From assembly GCA_963809485.1 (NCBI GenBank), contig CAWEJX010000017.1, positions 32,001 through 96,000 on the forward strand: DNA of 64,000 nucleotides. Reading direction: 5' to 3'. Each line of letters begins with the position of its first letter. Position 1 is the stretch's first letter. The notes beneath the pieces were generated by a model. The model searched no databases and was not told the DNA's origin. It was given only the letters and a program-made list of their open reading frames with translations. This stretch comes from an uncultured Acidobacteriota bacterium. GTDB taxonomy: Bacteria; Acidobacteriota; UBA6911. A program made the translations under genes and the position numbers. Below, in pieces: positions 27,976 to 38,251 of this stretch.

Positions 27976-30504
27976 ATGACCTTTGAGATTCGCATGGCCT
28001 GGCGCGAAACCCGGCCCGCCGTCAGAAGGTTCCTTTTCCTGGTTGCGGCTATCGCGCTCGGAGTCGGGGCGCTTACGGGGCTCAAAGGTTTCAGCCGGGC
28101 ATTGGACCGCGCCATCTCCGTATCGGCACGAGAACTGATTGCCGCAGACATGGCCGTGCGATTGAACTCGCTGCCGGATCACAATGAGCTCAGCGTCCTG
28201 GAGTCCCTGATGCGGAGAGGAGTTCAATTGACACGGGTGACCGAAACGATCTCAATGGTCTCCTCCTCAAAGGAATCGAGCCCGATTCTGTGCGACATCC
28301 GGGCAGTCGATCCCGCCGTTTATCCTTTTTACGGCAGGGTTGAGCTCGAACCGGTCGCCGCTCTGAAGGATGCGCTCTTTGACAACAGCGTTATCGTCAG
28401 CAGGGATTTTCTGGTTCGATCGGGAATCTCTTTGGGTGACACCGTGCAGATTGGCGCAAGCCACTTTCGCGTCGCGGCAGTGCTTAAATCGGAGCCCGAC
28501 CGCATAGGGATCGGCATGGACCTGGGCCCACGAATGCTGATTACACGCACGGGACTCAAAAACAGCGGTCTGATCCAGTTCGGCAGCCGCCTGTCGGAGT
28601 CTTTCCTCTATCGGTTTCCTCCAAGCGGACTGAGTCTTGAGGAGGCCCGGGAAATTGTCAGTTCCGGAATCCAGCGGCGCGTCCGCATCACGGATTACCG
28701 TAATCCGAACCCATCCGTCTCACGCGGACTGGAGCGCACCGCCAATTTTCTCAGCCTCATCGGCCTGCTCGCTTTGCTTGTTGCCGGCATCGGCGTGTCC
28801 TCGACGATGCACACGTATCTTCAGCAGAAGCTCGACAGCATCGCCGTATTGAAATGTATCGGCGGCCGCTCGAGCCAGATCCTGCGCATCTACCTGGCTC
28901 AGGGGCTTCTTCTGGGGCTGTTGGGGAGTGTTGCCGGCATAGGGATTGGGTACCTCATCCAGTTGGCCTTTCCGCGGCTGCTCAGGGGACTGATCAATCT
29001 GCCTCCGCGTCTGGAGCCGTCTCACGGATCGGCGGTCCAGGGATTGTGTATCGGGATTTTCACGACAGCGCTCTTCTTGGTTATTCCTCTTCTGGCCATC
29101 CGCAAAGTCCGGCCCGCGCGGGTGTTTCTGCGCGATATGCCCGAGACCCGGTATTCCGCTTTTTCGCGACTGCGCCACGATCCGATCCCGCTGATTGCTG
29201 CAATGATGTTGACATTTGGCGTTGGACTGGCGGCCAGCTGGCTGGCGGAATCCCTTCGCTGGGGATTCACTTTCCTTGCCTGCCTTGCCGGTTGCATACT
29301 CGTTCTGGCCGGGGCGGCCAGGCTGCTGCTTGCTGCGCTCAGGCGAATCCCAAGGCTGCCGTGGCTTTCCGTCAGGCAGGGCATCAGAAACCTCTACCGG
29401 CCGGGCAACCAAACGGCATCGGTGCTGGTTACCCTCGGGCTTGGCGTTGCATTTATTCTGACGGTTTACTTCATTCAAACTTCGCTCATTTCCCAGATTG
29501 TAAAAAGTGCTCCCGCAGATTTCCCGAACGTTTTTCTGCTTGGAGTGACCGAAGGAGATAAAGCGGCTCTCGCGGATTTCCTGAAGGGACAGGAAGGAAT
29601 CGAGGCTCAGTCGCTGATACCGTCATTTTCTTCCCGCCTGCTGCGTGTTGATGGCAAAACCGCAGACCAGCTGGATTTGACGCCGCATGACCAAAGGTAT
29701 TTCCAGGTCGAGTTTACGCTGACCTGGAGCGAAACCATCCCGGCGGACACGCGCATCGTCGCAGGCCGGTGGTGGCAACCGCCCTATGCTTCGCCGATGA
29801 TATCGGTTGGCGAAAATGCCGCCCAGCGGCTGAAGATCCGCCTTGGAAGCGTGTTGGAATTCGATGTCGGCGGCCGAAAAATACGCGGCAAAGTTGTCAA
29901 TTTCAGGGATGCCGATTTTGCGCGTCCCGGGACCAGCAACCAGTTTGTTTTCTCGCCGGGCTCCCTCGAGGATCTTCCCGCTTCCTATATCGGGGCCGTC
30001 CGCATGGCGCCATCCCGGGTCGCCGTGCTCCAAAGCTCTCTCTTCCGCCAATTCCCCAACATCACCTCCATCGATGTAGGACAAGTGCTCATCAGGGTTC
30101 AGGAGTTGCTGGACAAGATTTCCGACGTCATCCATTTCATCGCCTTTTTCGCCATAGCCTCGGGGATCATCCTGCTTGCGGCGGGTGTGGTCTCCACGCG
30201 CTACCAGAGAATACGGGAAATCGTTTTGCTGAAGACGCTGGGCGCCACTCGGAGCCGCATCGCCCGCATACAGGCGGCCGAATTCATAATCATCGGGTCT
30301 GCCGCCGGATTGATCGGGGGTTGCCTGGCAGCCATTGCGTCCTATTTTCTCCTGGGACGTCTTTTGAGCGCCGAGTTCAATCTCCAGTGGGTCCCGTTGA
30401 TCGCGGGCGTTGCAGCCACGGCGGCATTATGCGTAATCACGGGATGGCTGGCAAACCACGGTGTCCTGAAGCACAGGCCTCTGCAGACACTGCGGGAAAA
30501 CTGA
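27976..30504 (+). CDS. ABC transporter permease (YbbP-like, FtsX family)
   Basis: 'RMAWRE', 'YPFYG', two FtsX modules. Confidence 0.9.
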   Translation: MTFEIRMAWRETRPAVRRFLFLVAAIALGVGALTGLKGFSRALDRAISVSARELIAADMAVRLNSLPDHNELSVLESLMRRGVQLTRVTETISMVSSSKESSPILCDIRAVDPAVYPFYGRVELEPVAALKDALFDNSVIVSRDFLVRSGISLGDTVQIGASHFRVAAVLKSEPDRIGIGMDLGPRMLITRTGLKNSGLIQFGSRLSESFLYRFPPSGLSLEEAREIVSSGIQRRVRITDYRNPNPSVSRGLERTANFLSLIGLLALLVAGIGVSSTMHTYLQQKLDSIAVLKCIGGRSSQILRIYLAQGLLLGLLGSVAGIGIGYLIQLAFPRLLRGLINLPPRLEPSHGSAVQGLCIGIFTTALFLVIPLLAIRKVRPARVFLRDMPETRYSAFSRLRHDPIPLIAAMMLTFGVGLAASWLAESLRWGFTFLACLAGCILVLAGAARLLLAALRRIPRLPWLSVRQGIRNLYRPGNQTASVLVTLGLGVAFILTVYFIQTSLISQIVKSAPADFPNVFLLGVTEGDKAALADFLKGQEGIEAQSLIPSFSSRLLRVDGKTADQLDLTPHDQRYFQVEFTLTWSETIPADTRIVAGRWWQPPYASPMISVGENAAQRLKIRLGSVLEFDVGGRKIRGKVVNFRDADFARPGTSNQFVFSPGSLEDLPASYIGAVRMAPSRVAVLQSSLFRQFPNITSIDVGQVLIRVQELLDKISDVIHFIAFFAIASGIILLAAGVVSTRYQRIREIVLLKTLGATRSRIARIQAAEFIIIGSAAGLIGGCLAAIASYFLLGRLLSAEFNLQWVPLIAGVAATAALCVITGWLANHGVLKHRPLQTLREN

Positions 30505-30546
30505 AACCCGCCACGGTCGCAACGATCAGCTCCAATCATCCTATCC

Positions 30547-30587
30547 AACGCTGACGCACGCTGACAGAACGCTGACATACGCTGACA
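30547..30587 (+). repeat. ACGCTGAC x4 array
   Basis: Four perfect ACGCTGAC cores at 10-11 bp spacing. Confidence 0.8.
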
Positions 30588-30854
30588 AAATTTTATTGTT
30601 CGGCCTTCGTCGGCGCATTGTCACGGTGAGGCGCAGAAAAATGCGCTGCTCCGGTGATGCAGATCACCGAAAACAAAAATATTTCTTATATAGTGAAGTT
30701 CATACACACCGGCAGGTAAAAGGAAAAACCACAAAATAAAACATATTTTTCCCTTATTTTTGTTCGTCATGCTGGCGATAAGGGAAGAATCGAGGAATAG
30801 ATTGAGGCGTCCGGAGTCTCATTGCAGGCGATTTTCGCCATTGGAGCCATAAAC

Positions 30855-31394
30855 ATAGGAAATGATAAAGGCTTCTCCATGATTGAACTTGCCATTATCT
30901 TGAGCATGACCGTCGTCATGATGGCGGTAGCCATCCCCATGCTCTCCTCCTCCATACAGGACATGTAGCTTGCCTCCGATGCCCGGAGCATCGCTTCAGC
31001 GCTAACCACGGCCAAAATGAGCGCCACGGCACGAATGACTCACTGCCGGTTACGGTTTGACTTGAGCAGCAACCAGTGGAGGCTCGAAAGGCTCAACCGA
31101 CAGAGCGGTGAATATGAACTCCAGCAGGCGGTAAATGGGCTTTCCAGCGGTGTAGCAAATAGCGGCATCCATTTCAAAGCCACCTCAACTACTGCGCCGA
31201 CCGGCCTGCCGACAAGTTCGTCAACTTCCATAACATTCAACTCCAGGGGCATCCCGATTGACAGCTCGGGCATTCCGACGGCCAGCAGCATCATATACCT
31301 TTCGAGGGAGGGCGCCGATTATGCCGTAAGCGTGTCGCTTGCCGGCAAGGTTCAGTTGTGGAAGAAGGGAAACACCGGGTGGGCAGTGCAATAG
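30855..31394 (+). pseudogene. FimT/GspH-like minor pilin pseudogene
   Basis: Prepilin motif 'KG|FSMIELAII' in frame with ORF 31017; ATA where a start is expected after GGAG; in-frame TAG at 30966-30968; C-terminal 'ITFNSRG'. Confidence 0.75.
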
Positions 31395-31412
31395 GATTCA
31401 AGGGAAGGCCTC

Positions 31413-31901
31413 ATGCCTAAAAACCTGAAAAACGAAACCGGGATGACGCTGGTGGAAGTGATGATCGAAATGCTGGTCATGCTTTTCGGTCTGCTGAGCA
31501 TGGCACAGGTTCTTACATTCAGCGTGATCGCAAGTAAAACCTACGGACGGGATTCCACCAAGGCAACGGCTGCGGCCCACGACAAGATGGAGGAACTGAC
31601 CGGCCTCTCCTTTACGGATACGAAAACCAATGTCACCGTGGACGCCCCGTTCACGGCTGATGGAGTGGGTTTGAAGGCTGGGGGCAGTGTGGCTCCATCG
31701 GCCGCGGTGAACGGATATGCGGATTATCTTGATGAAGCCGGCGCAAGGACTTCAGCCGGTGACGCTTTCTACACAAGGCAATGGCAGATCATCGACGTAT
31801 CCGCCAGCCTCAAGAGAATCATGGTCTCAGTAACCAGCAACAAGAGCTTTGACTACGGCGTGGTCCCTGCGACCACGCTGGTCACGGAGAAAACGCCATG
31901 A
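31413..31901 (+). CDS. PilV-like minor pilin
   Basis: 'TG|MTLVEVMI' prepilin cleavage motif. Confidence 0.8.
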   Translation: MPKNLKNETGMTLVEVMIEMLVMLFGLLSMAQVLTFSVIASKTYGRDSTKATAAAHDKMEELTGLSFTDTKTNVTVDAPFTADGVGLKAGGSVAPSAAVNGYADYLDEAGARTSAGDAFYTRQWQIIDVSASLKRIMVSVTSNKSFDYGVVPATTLVTEKTP

Positions 31902-32239
31902 GGTACGCCATACGGGCAGGAGGCGGAGAAATAAAACCAGCAACTCGAATAGGGTTGAGGGACGGCTTTTCGCTCTTGGAGATGATGGTCTCAATACTTG
32001 TCCTGACACCCGTCATGGGTGCCGCTTTGACGTTGTTTTCGGTTGGAGTCAATCAGCAGTCCTCCGAACAGAGCAGCGTTGAGGCGATTCAGGAGGCCCG
32101 CTCAGGCCTGGACATGATGACGATGGAGATTGCCCAGGCCGGCGCTCATGGAGATCGAAGCACTACCACAACTTCGTCTATTTCAGCGTCCACCACCGCC
32201 CAGGCCGTTAATGTCGGCTCCTGTGCAGTATTCGGGTAG
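31898..32239 (+). pseudogene. PilW-like minor pilin, C-terminally truncated
   Basis: 'G|FSLLEMMVS...MTMEIAQAG', then an abrupt junction near 32220 into PilX-like sequence. Confidence 0.65.
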
Positions 32240-33334
32240 CGATGTCATAATTATCGGCCAGACAGGGACAGGAAGCACGGCCGTATACCCGGACTCATCG
32301 ACACAATCAGCGCCTTTTCGACCCAATTCAGCAACATCTCCCTGCAGGCGGACGAAAAGAATGCGGGCGTCTACGCCCTGAACGCAACACTCCTCAAACA
32401 TACTCCCGCCACTTTCATCAATCCGTCGACATTCGTCAGCTACGCCTCAGCCATGGAACGTTGGAGGTTTAACAGCAGAGGATTCTGGGGGTCCTCGGAT
32501 GATCCCATGGGTATCGCTGAGGTTACGGCCATAGTGGAAAATAGCGGGAACGCCCTGTTCGACCGGGCGCTTTGGGGCATCGATTGGATAGATCTGGGCG
32601 GAACAGTACTGGTGGACAGCTATGACCCAGCGCTTGGCCCATACGGCGGAACAAATGTCGGCAACAACGGGGCGCTTGGATCAAATGGATATATCACAGC
32701 CAACGGCACCCCTGAAATCAAGGGAGATGTTGCTTTCTTCGATCCTGATAATTCCACCATAAAGGATTGCAAAACATGTACGGTCACGGGAGATTTCATC
32801 GAATTGCAGGAAAAACGAGTCTTCCCACCGATTCCGGATTTCACCGTCGGAAGCAGCAATATAAACAAGACTACCAGCGGCACACAAACTATTAGCCCGG
32901 GCAAATATGGAGCCGTAACAATAAAAAAGGGAACGCTTCTTCTCAATCCGGGCGTCTACTATTTTGACTCGATTGAGGACAGCGCTAATGGCCACTTGGA
33001 GATCGCGGGCGAAACAACCATTTTCGTGAAGAGTGCTTTGGACTTGGGCGGCAGCGGGGTAATGAATTCTACTGGAGATCCTACCAAAATGACGATTTAT
33101 TATAGCGGATCAAGTGAAATGAAGATTCACGGAAACCCCGAGGCTTTTCTGGAGGTTTATGCCCCGAAAGCTCCAGTGAAGTTCGTCGGTACAAGCGACT
33201 TCTTCGGTTCCTTCATCGGAAAGACCGTGACCATCCAGGGCAATCCCGAAGTCCATTTCGATGAGGGGTGCCTGAATGATAATCTCATCCAGCGGTCTTT
33301 CAGGTTGATTAGCTGGTCCCAAAACACCTATTAA
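32220..33334 (+). pseudogene. PilX-like protein lacking its N-terminus
   Basis: Protein-like reading continues upstream of ATG 32453 across a frameshift near 32303; 'VDSYD', 'VYAP.A', 'VHFDE' C-terminal repeats; no N-terminal pilin helix. Confidence 0.6.
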
Positions 33335-33337
33335 ACC

Positions 33338-33435
33338 AAATAGGGGGACGGGCAATAGAATATCCGAATTCGTATCTTGCCGGATAAAAATTGCTTTTCC
33401 GCAATTCCCGAATTCCTTAGCCTGTGCCCCTATTT
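33338..33435. repeat. REP-like inverted repeat element
   Basis: AAATAGGGGGACGGGC ... GCCTGTGCCCCTATTT (16 bp, 2 mismatches) between convergent genes; related half-sites near 52630 and 55120. Confidence 0.6.
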
Positions 33436-33855
33436 TCAGGAAATTACGATCTTCTCCTGCATCGCGAATGCACCAAATTTCATGTCAACTTCATGAATGT
33501 GCTTGATCAGCCAGTTGCCCAGAAATGTCTCCAGAGCCTTGTTTAGCTCCGGCGTAACGCCTTCTTCCTCGAAGTCTTTGACCAGGCCGGCGAGGGTGGA
33601 CCGCAATTCGTCGTGCTTCGCCTTGTGCTCCGCCATCGCGGGATAGTTGCTCTCCGCCATGTGGTGCTCTTCGGTCGCAAAGTGAGTCCCGGTGTAGTCG
33701 ATGAGGAAACCGAGCGTTTTCATAACCTGTGCCTGGCTTTTCTGAGTTGCCACGGCTTCCACGGTGTCGTTGTAATATTGAATCCACTGCTTGTGCTGGT
33801 TGTCTATCAGGTCGATACCGACGGACAGGCTGTTCTGCCATTGCATTTTGCCCAT
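33436..33855 (-). CDS. Bacteriohemerythrin
   Basis: Full di-iron ligand set: 'IDNQH', 'HFATEE', 'HKAKH', 'HIHEVD'. Confidence 0.95.
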   Translation of the reverse strand: MGKMQWQNSLSVGIDLIDNQHKQWIQYYNDTVEAVATQKSQAQVMKTLGFLIDYTGTHFATEEHHMAESNYPAMAEHKAKHDELRSTLAGLVKDFEEEGVTPELNKALETFLGNWLIKHIHEVDMKFGAFAMQEKIVIS

Positions 33856-34047
33856 GTTTCACTCCCCCCAACGGCCTTGTGTGTACAAGATATATAATTC
33901 CAGCTCAAAAACTCCGGAAGGCAGCCCCTTTGGCGGGCTGCGCAACCGCAGAAATCTTAGCAAACATTTGCACCGCCCGGCCATCGCAATGTGAAATATT
34001 TATGGCAGCAAGTTACAAAGCTTCCGTTTGTTGTTCCTCCCCATAAT

Positions 34048-34088
34048 TGTCAGCGTTCACCCGCGCTTTGTCAGCGCACATCAGCGTT
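34048..34088 (-). repeat. ACGCTGAC-family array
   Basis: TCAGCG units at about 10-11 bp period. Confidence 0.6.
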
Positions 34089-34295
34089 TCCAGGTACATG
34101 GGCTGTCCGACTCCATACATCCCCAGCAACGATTCCCAAATATCAACCACAAAAGGCGCCAGGACCTGGTGGCATCATTTCTCATTCGGTGAGTGCATTC
34201 ACACATGCCCGGCTTTTTCTGCTTGATCCCAAACCGACATTTTTGTATTTTTAGCGGCGGTTTATACAAATTTGTGAAGTTGAGCCGATACAGCC

Positions 34296-35828
34296 ATGCA
34301 ACCTGCCGAACCCAAAGAGATAAAGAAACTGAACACTCTGCTGGAAATAAACAGGCTTCTCTCCGGCACTTTCAACCTCAAACACTCCCTTCATCGCATC
34401 CTGGAAATCCTCGAGCAGCGCCACGGCATGTTCCGGAGCACGGTCATGGTGATGAACAAGCACTCCGAATTGCAGATCGAGGCCTCCAACGGGATTGCTG
34501 CCGACGGCCTGCGCGCCCTTTACCGCCTGGGCGAGGGCATCACAGGCCGCGTGGCGGAGAGCGGGAAACCGATCGTGGTCCCGCAGGTAAGCCGCGAACC
34601 CATGCTGTTGAACCGGGCGGCCCAGCGAAAAGGCCTCAAAGAGGAGCTGACCTACATCTGCGTCCCTGTCCTCACGGGACGCAAAACCGTCGGCGCCCTG
34701 GGAGTGGACCTGCATTTCAAAAAGGACCGGGACTACGAGCCGCTGGTAAAATTCCTGCGCCTGGTGGGATGCATGATCGGCCAGGGAGTGCGGGTTGAAA
34801 GCCTGGTGGAAGCCGAAACTCAACGCCTGATGGAGGAAAACATCCACCTGCGCGAGGAGCTGCGGGAGCGCTACGACTTTTCCAACATGGTGGGCAGCAG
34901 CGGCGGCATGCGGCAGGTTTACGAACAGATCGCGCAGGTGGCCGCGTCCAACACCACCGTCCTGATACGGGGCGAATCAGGCACGGGAAAGGAGCTGATA
35001 GCGCACGCACTTCACTATAATTCTCCCCGGGCCAAGAAACCCTTCGTCAAAGTTAGCTGCGCCGCACTGCCCGAAACCCTCATCGAATCGGAACTGTTCG
35101 GCTATGAAAAAGGCGCTTTCACCGGCGCCCAGGCACGCAAGCCGGGCCGGCTCGAGATGGCGGAAGGGGGGACGCTATTCCTCGACGAAGTGGGCGATCT
35201 CAACCTGACCACACAGGTCAAGCTGCTTCGTGTCATTCAGACGCGCGAATTCGAGCGATTGGGGAGCACCCAGACCATCAAAATCAACGTGCGCCTGGTA
35301 GCGGCCACGAACAAGGATCTCGAAAAGGCAATCGCCGACGGAAGCTTCCGCGAAGACCTCTATTATCGTCTGAACGTTTTCGCCATCTTCGTTCCGCCGC
35401 TGCGCGAGCGCAAGCCCGACGTCATGGCCCTCGCCGACTATTTTCTGGAGAAGTACAACAAAGAGCACGGCAAAAACATCAAACGCATCTCCACCCCGGC
35501 CATCGACATGCTGATGAGCTACCACTGGCCCGGCAATGTGCGCGAACTCGAAAACACCATGGAGCGCGCGGTGCTCATCTGCGAGGGCAACGTCATTTAC
35601 GGTCATCACCTTCCGCCCACGCTCCAAACGGCAGAAGCTTCCGGCACCGCAGTGCACGTGACGCTGACCGATGCGGTCGCATCGTATGAAAAAGACCTGA
35701 TCCAGGATGCGCTCAAGATGACGCGCGGCAACCGGAGCAAAGCCGCCCGCCAGCTCAGCACCACCGAGCGGATACTCAATTATAAGGTCGGCAAATACGG
35801 CATCGACTGCCGCCGCTTCCGCAAATAA
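34296..35828 (+). CDS. NifA-like sigma-54 activator (GAF-AAA+-HTH)
   Basis: GAF 'GEGITGRVA', 'GESGTGKE', 'GAFTGA', 'WPGNVREL', Fis-type HTH. Confidence 0.92.
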   Translation: MQPAEPKEIKKLNTLLEINRLLSGTFNLKHSLHRILEILEQRHGMFRSTVMVMNKHSELQIEASNGIAADGLRALYRLGEGITGRVAESGKPIVVPQVSREPMLLNRAAQRKGLKEELTYICVPVLTGRKTVGALGVDLHFKKDRDYEPLVKFLRLVGCMIGQGVRVESLVEAETQRLMEENIHLREELRERYDFSNMVGSSGGMRQVYEQIAQVAASNTTVLIRGESGTGKELIAHALHYNSPRAKKPFVKVSCAALPETLIESELFGYEKGAFTGAQARKPGRLEMAEGGTLFLDEVGDLNLTTQVKLLRVIQTREFERLGSTQTIKINVRLVAATNKDLEKAIADGSFREDLYYRLNVFAIFVPPLRERKPDVMALADYFLEKYNKEHGKNIKRISTPAIDMLMSYHWPGNVRELENTMERAVLICEGNVIYGHHLPPTLQTAEASGTAVHVTLTDAVASYEKDLIQDALKMTRGNRSKAARQLSTTERILNYKVGKYGIDCRRFRK

Positions 35829-35979
35829 TCCCGCGGCTTCCGACATGCGTCGCGCGGTCGCCCGACACTGTTTCGATTTTGGTTGTGCTATATTTTTGAG
35901 AGCGGCCGTCAGTTTGGATTTTGTCCATACCTGACGCCTCATACCAGGAAAGCGTATTTATATCAGCCCGGGAGCGCCT

Positions 35980-36960
35980 ATGGCTGCGCAATTTGAAAGC
36001 CCCCTGCACGATCAATTGATGGACCGCCGGCGAAGGCTCGAGTCCGCCATCGCGGTATCCCTCGAGAGAGTTTCCCTGAATTCACTCCTCCAGGAGGTCG
36101 ATGCCGCACTGTCCCGGATGGACGACGGGTCCTTTGGCTTGTGCGATGTATGCCATGAGCCGATCGAGAGCGACCGTCTCGCGGCCAATCCTCTGCTCCG
36201 GTTTTGCCTGGATCATCTTGCGGATTCCCAGCGGCGGGCCCTGGAACAGGACCTGGAACTGGCGTCGCACATCCAGTCGGCGCTTCTCCCGCACTCGGAT
36301 TTTACCTACGGGGGCTGGCAAGCCGCATTCCACTACGAACCCCTGAGCGTGGTCAGCGGCGATTACTGCGACTTTATTTCCGCAGAAGACGGCAGCATGT
36401 ACTTTATTATCGGGGATGTGTCCGGCAAGGGAGTGGCAGCCTCGATGCTCATGGCGCACCTGAATGCGATGATGAGGGCGCTTGTCGGTTTGGGCCTTCC
36501 CCTGGTCCAGATAATGGAGCGTGCCAGCAGAGTTTTTTGCGAGAGCACGCTTGCGTCCCATTTTGCCACGCTGGTTTGCGGCCGCGCCGAAAGGGACGGG
36601 AAGGTCGAGATCTGCAATGCAGGGCATTCTCCCACTCTGCTGGCGCAGGGGGATATCGTTCGCACCTACAATGCAACCAGCCTGCCGCTCGGTTTGTTCT
36701 GCAATGAGGAATTTAAATCCGAATGGCTGCAGTTGCAGCGGGGCGATTTGCTGCTTCTTTACACCGACGGCGTTTCCGAAGCGAGAAATTCCAAGGGGGA
36801 GGAATATGGCGTCGACGACATCATCGAAACAGTCCGGACGCGAAGCTGGAAATCAGCCCGGGAGCTTGTCCATTCATGTATTTCGAAAGTGGCGGATTTC
36901 CGCGCCGGTACTCCGCCCGAGGATGATCTGACCCTTATGGCAATCCAGCGAATCGAGTAG
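35980..36960 (+). CDS. PP2C (SpoIIE/RsbU) phosphatase with N-terminal DksA/TraR-like Zn finger
   Basis: 'FGLCDVCHEPIE.DRL.A.P....CLDH'; 'GDVSGKG', 'YTDG', 'DDLT'. Confidence 0.9.
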   Translation: MAAQFESPLHDQLMDRRRRLESAIAVSLERVSLNSLLQEVDAALSRMDDGSFGLCDVCHEPIESDRLAANPLLRFCLDHLADSQRRALEQDLELASHIQSALLPHSDFTYGGWQAAFHYEPLSVVSGDYCDFISAEDGSMYFIIGDVSGKGVAASMLMAHLNAMMRALVGLGLPLVQIMERASRVFCESTLASHFATLVCGRAERDGKVEICNAGHSPTLLAQGDIVRTYNATSLPLGLFCNEEFKSEWLQLQRGDLLLLYTDGVSEARNSKGEEYGVDDIIETVRTRSWKSARELVHSCISKVADFRAGTPPEDDLTLMAIQRIE

Positions 36961-37018
36961 CCGACAACATTCAAAGAAATGGCAGGGATTCGCGCAGAGG
37001 GAAGCTGCGCAAGGTATT

Positions 37019-37929
37019 ATGACTACCCTGAATCACGGCTTTGAATACCGCAAGCGCCTGGGGGCGGATTCGGCCGGCCTGAGAATGATCGATTACCTTG
37101 CCCGGCGCTATCCGGGATTCACAAGGGAAGAATGGCAAAGCCGCATCGAGTCGGGCCGCGTTCTGCTGGATGGGATACCGTCGGACGGAGAGTCGGTTCT
37201 GCAGCCCGGCAGGATTCTGAGCTGGATGCGCCCGCCCTGGCAGGAACCCGAAACACCGCAATCTTTTGCCATCCTCTATCAGGATCAATATCTGCTCGGC
37301 GTGGCCAAGCCCGAAGGACTCCCCACAATCCCCGGCGGCGGCCTTTTCATGGAGCATACGCTTCTGGCGCTCGTACGCCGACGATTCCCGACGGCCAGCC
37401 CCTCTGCACCGGCTGGGCCGGGGACATCAGGGGTCGTTCTTTTCGCGGTCACAGCCGATGCTTCTCGATGATGTCTCATGCGTGGCGCACCGGTCAGGTC
37501 CTGAAAGTTTATCTTGCCCTGGTCTCCGGCATTCCGGCGCGTGACCAGTTCGACATCGACATTCCGATCGGCAAGGTTCCGCACCCTGTTCTTAAAACTG
37601 TTCATGCCGCATGCCCGGCCGGGAAACCGGCACACAGCCATGTCAGGGTTCTTGAACGCCGCGATGGCTGTTCCCTTGTTCAAGTCCGCATTACCACGGG
37701 CCGTCCGCACCAGATACGCATTCATCTTGCAGCCTCAGGACATCCGCTGATCGGCGATCCGCTCTATGCCGTTGGAGGGGCTCCCGCGGAGGGCACCAGG
37801 GCTTTGCCGGGAGACCTTGGCTACCACCTGCACAGCCTCCTTCTGGGCTTTCCTCACCCCGCGACGGGCAGGTGGACCGAGATCACCTGCGCGCCCCCTC
37901 GGCTTCTTCGCCCGCGCCGCGCCCAGTAA
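37019..37929 (+). CDS. RluA-like pseudouridine synthase family protein (indels near 37403-37470)
   Basis: 'KPEGL', 'HRLGRGTSG', 'ITTGRPHQIRIHLA..GHPL.GDPLY', 'YHLH' across two frames. Confidence 0.85.
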
Positions 37930-37956
37930 TTCGCAAAATCCTTATCCTCTATTTTA

Positions 37957-38234
37957 GTGAAGACGGCTCTCCAGAGACCGTCTCAATACGACTGTCATGA
38001 GATCCTCGCCGGCAGTTTTGAGACAGTCTCTGGAGAGCGGTCCTCACCCAATTAACATTAACTGTTGAGAAAGTAGTAATTATTATTTATTAATAATTTT
38101 TCAGCGTGCGTCAGCGTTTATCGGCGTGCGTCAGCGTTAAAATTTATGCACAGGCTTCCAGAGTCGGCACCAAAACGACTGTCGCGAGATCTTCGCCGGC
38201 AGTTTTGAGACAGTCTCTCGAGACCCGTCCTCGC
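37957..38234. repeat. Composite of two long palindromic units flanking an ACGCTGAC/AT-rich element
   Basis: 30-bp inverted repeat (3 mismatches) bounding 37957-38047; degenerate direct copy at about 38150-38234; array at 38101-38138. Confidence 0.75.
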
Positions 38235-38251
38235 TAAAAACTAAATTCCTA

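Noticed and set aside
30547-30587. ACGCTGAC arrays (and the 37957-38234 repeats) as CRISPR arrays
   Set aside because: Units are 10-12 bp with no unique spacers, there are only two long copies, and no cas genes are present.
30966-30968. In-frame TAG as pyrrolysine or readthrough
   Set aside because: The gene is a pilin with a damaged start in a cluster with other lesions; a CAG-to-TAG nonsense change is simpler.
34296-35828. Assigning nifA and nitrogen fixation
   Set aside because: No nif structural genes in the window and no clear TGT-N10-ACA site was found by eye.
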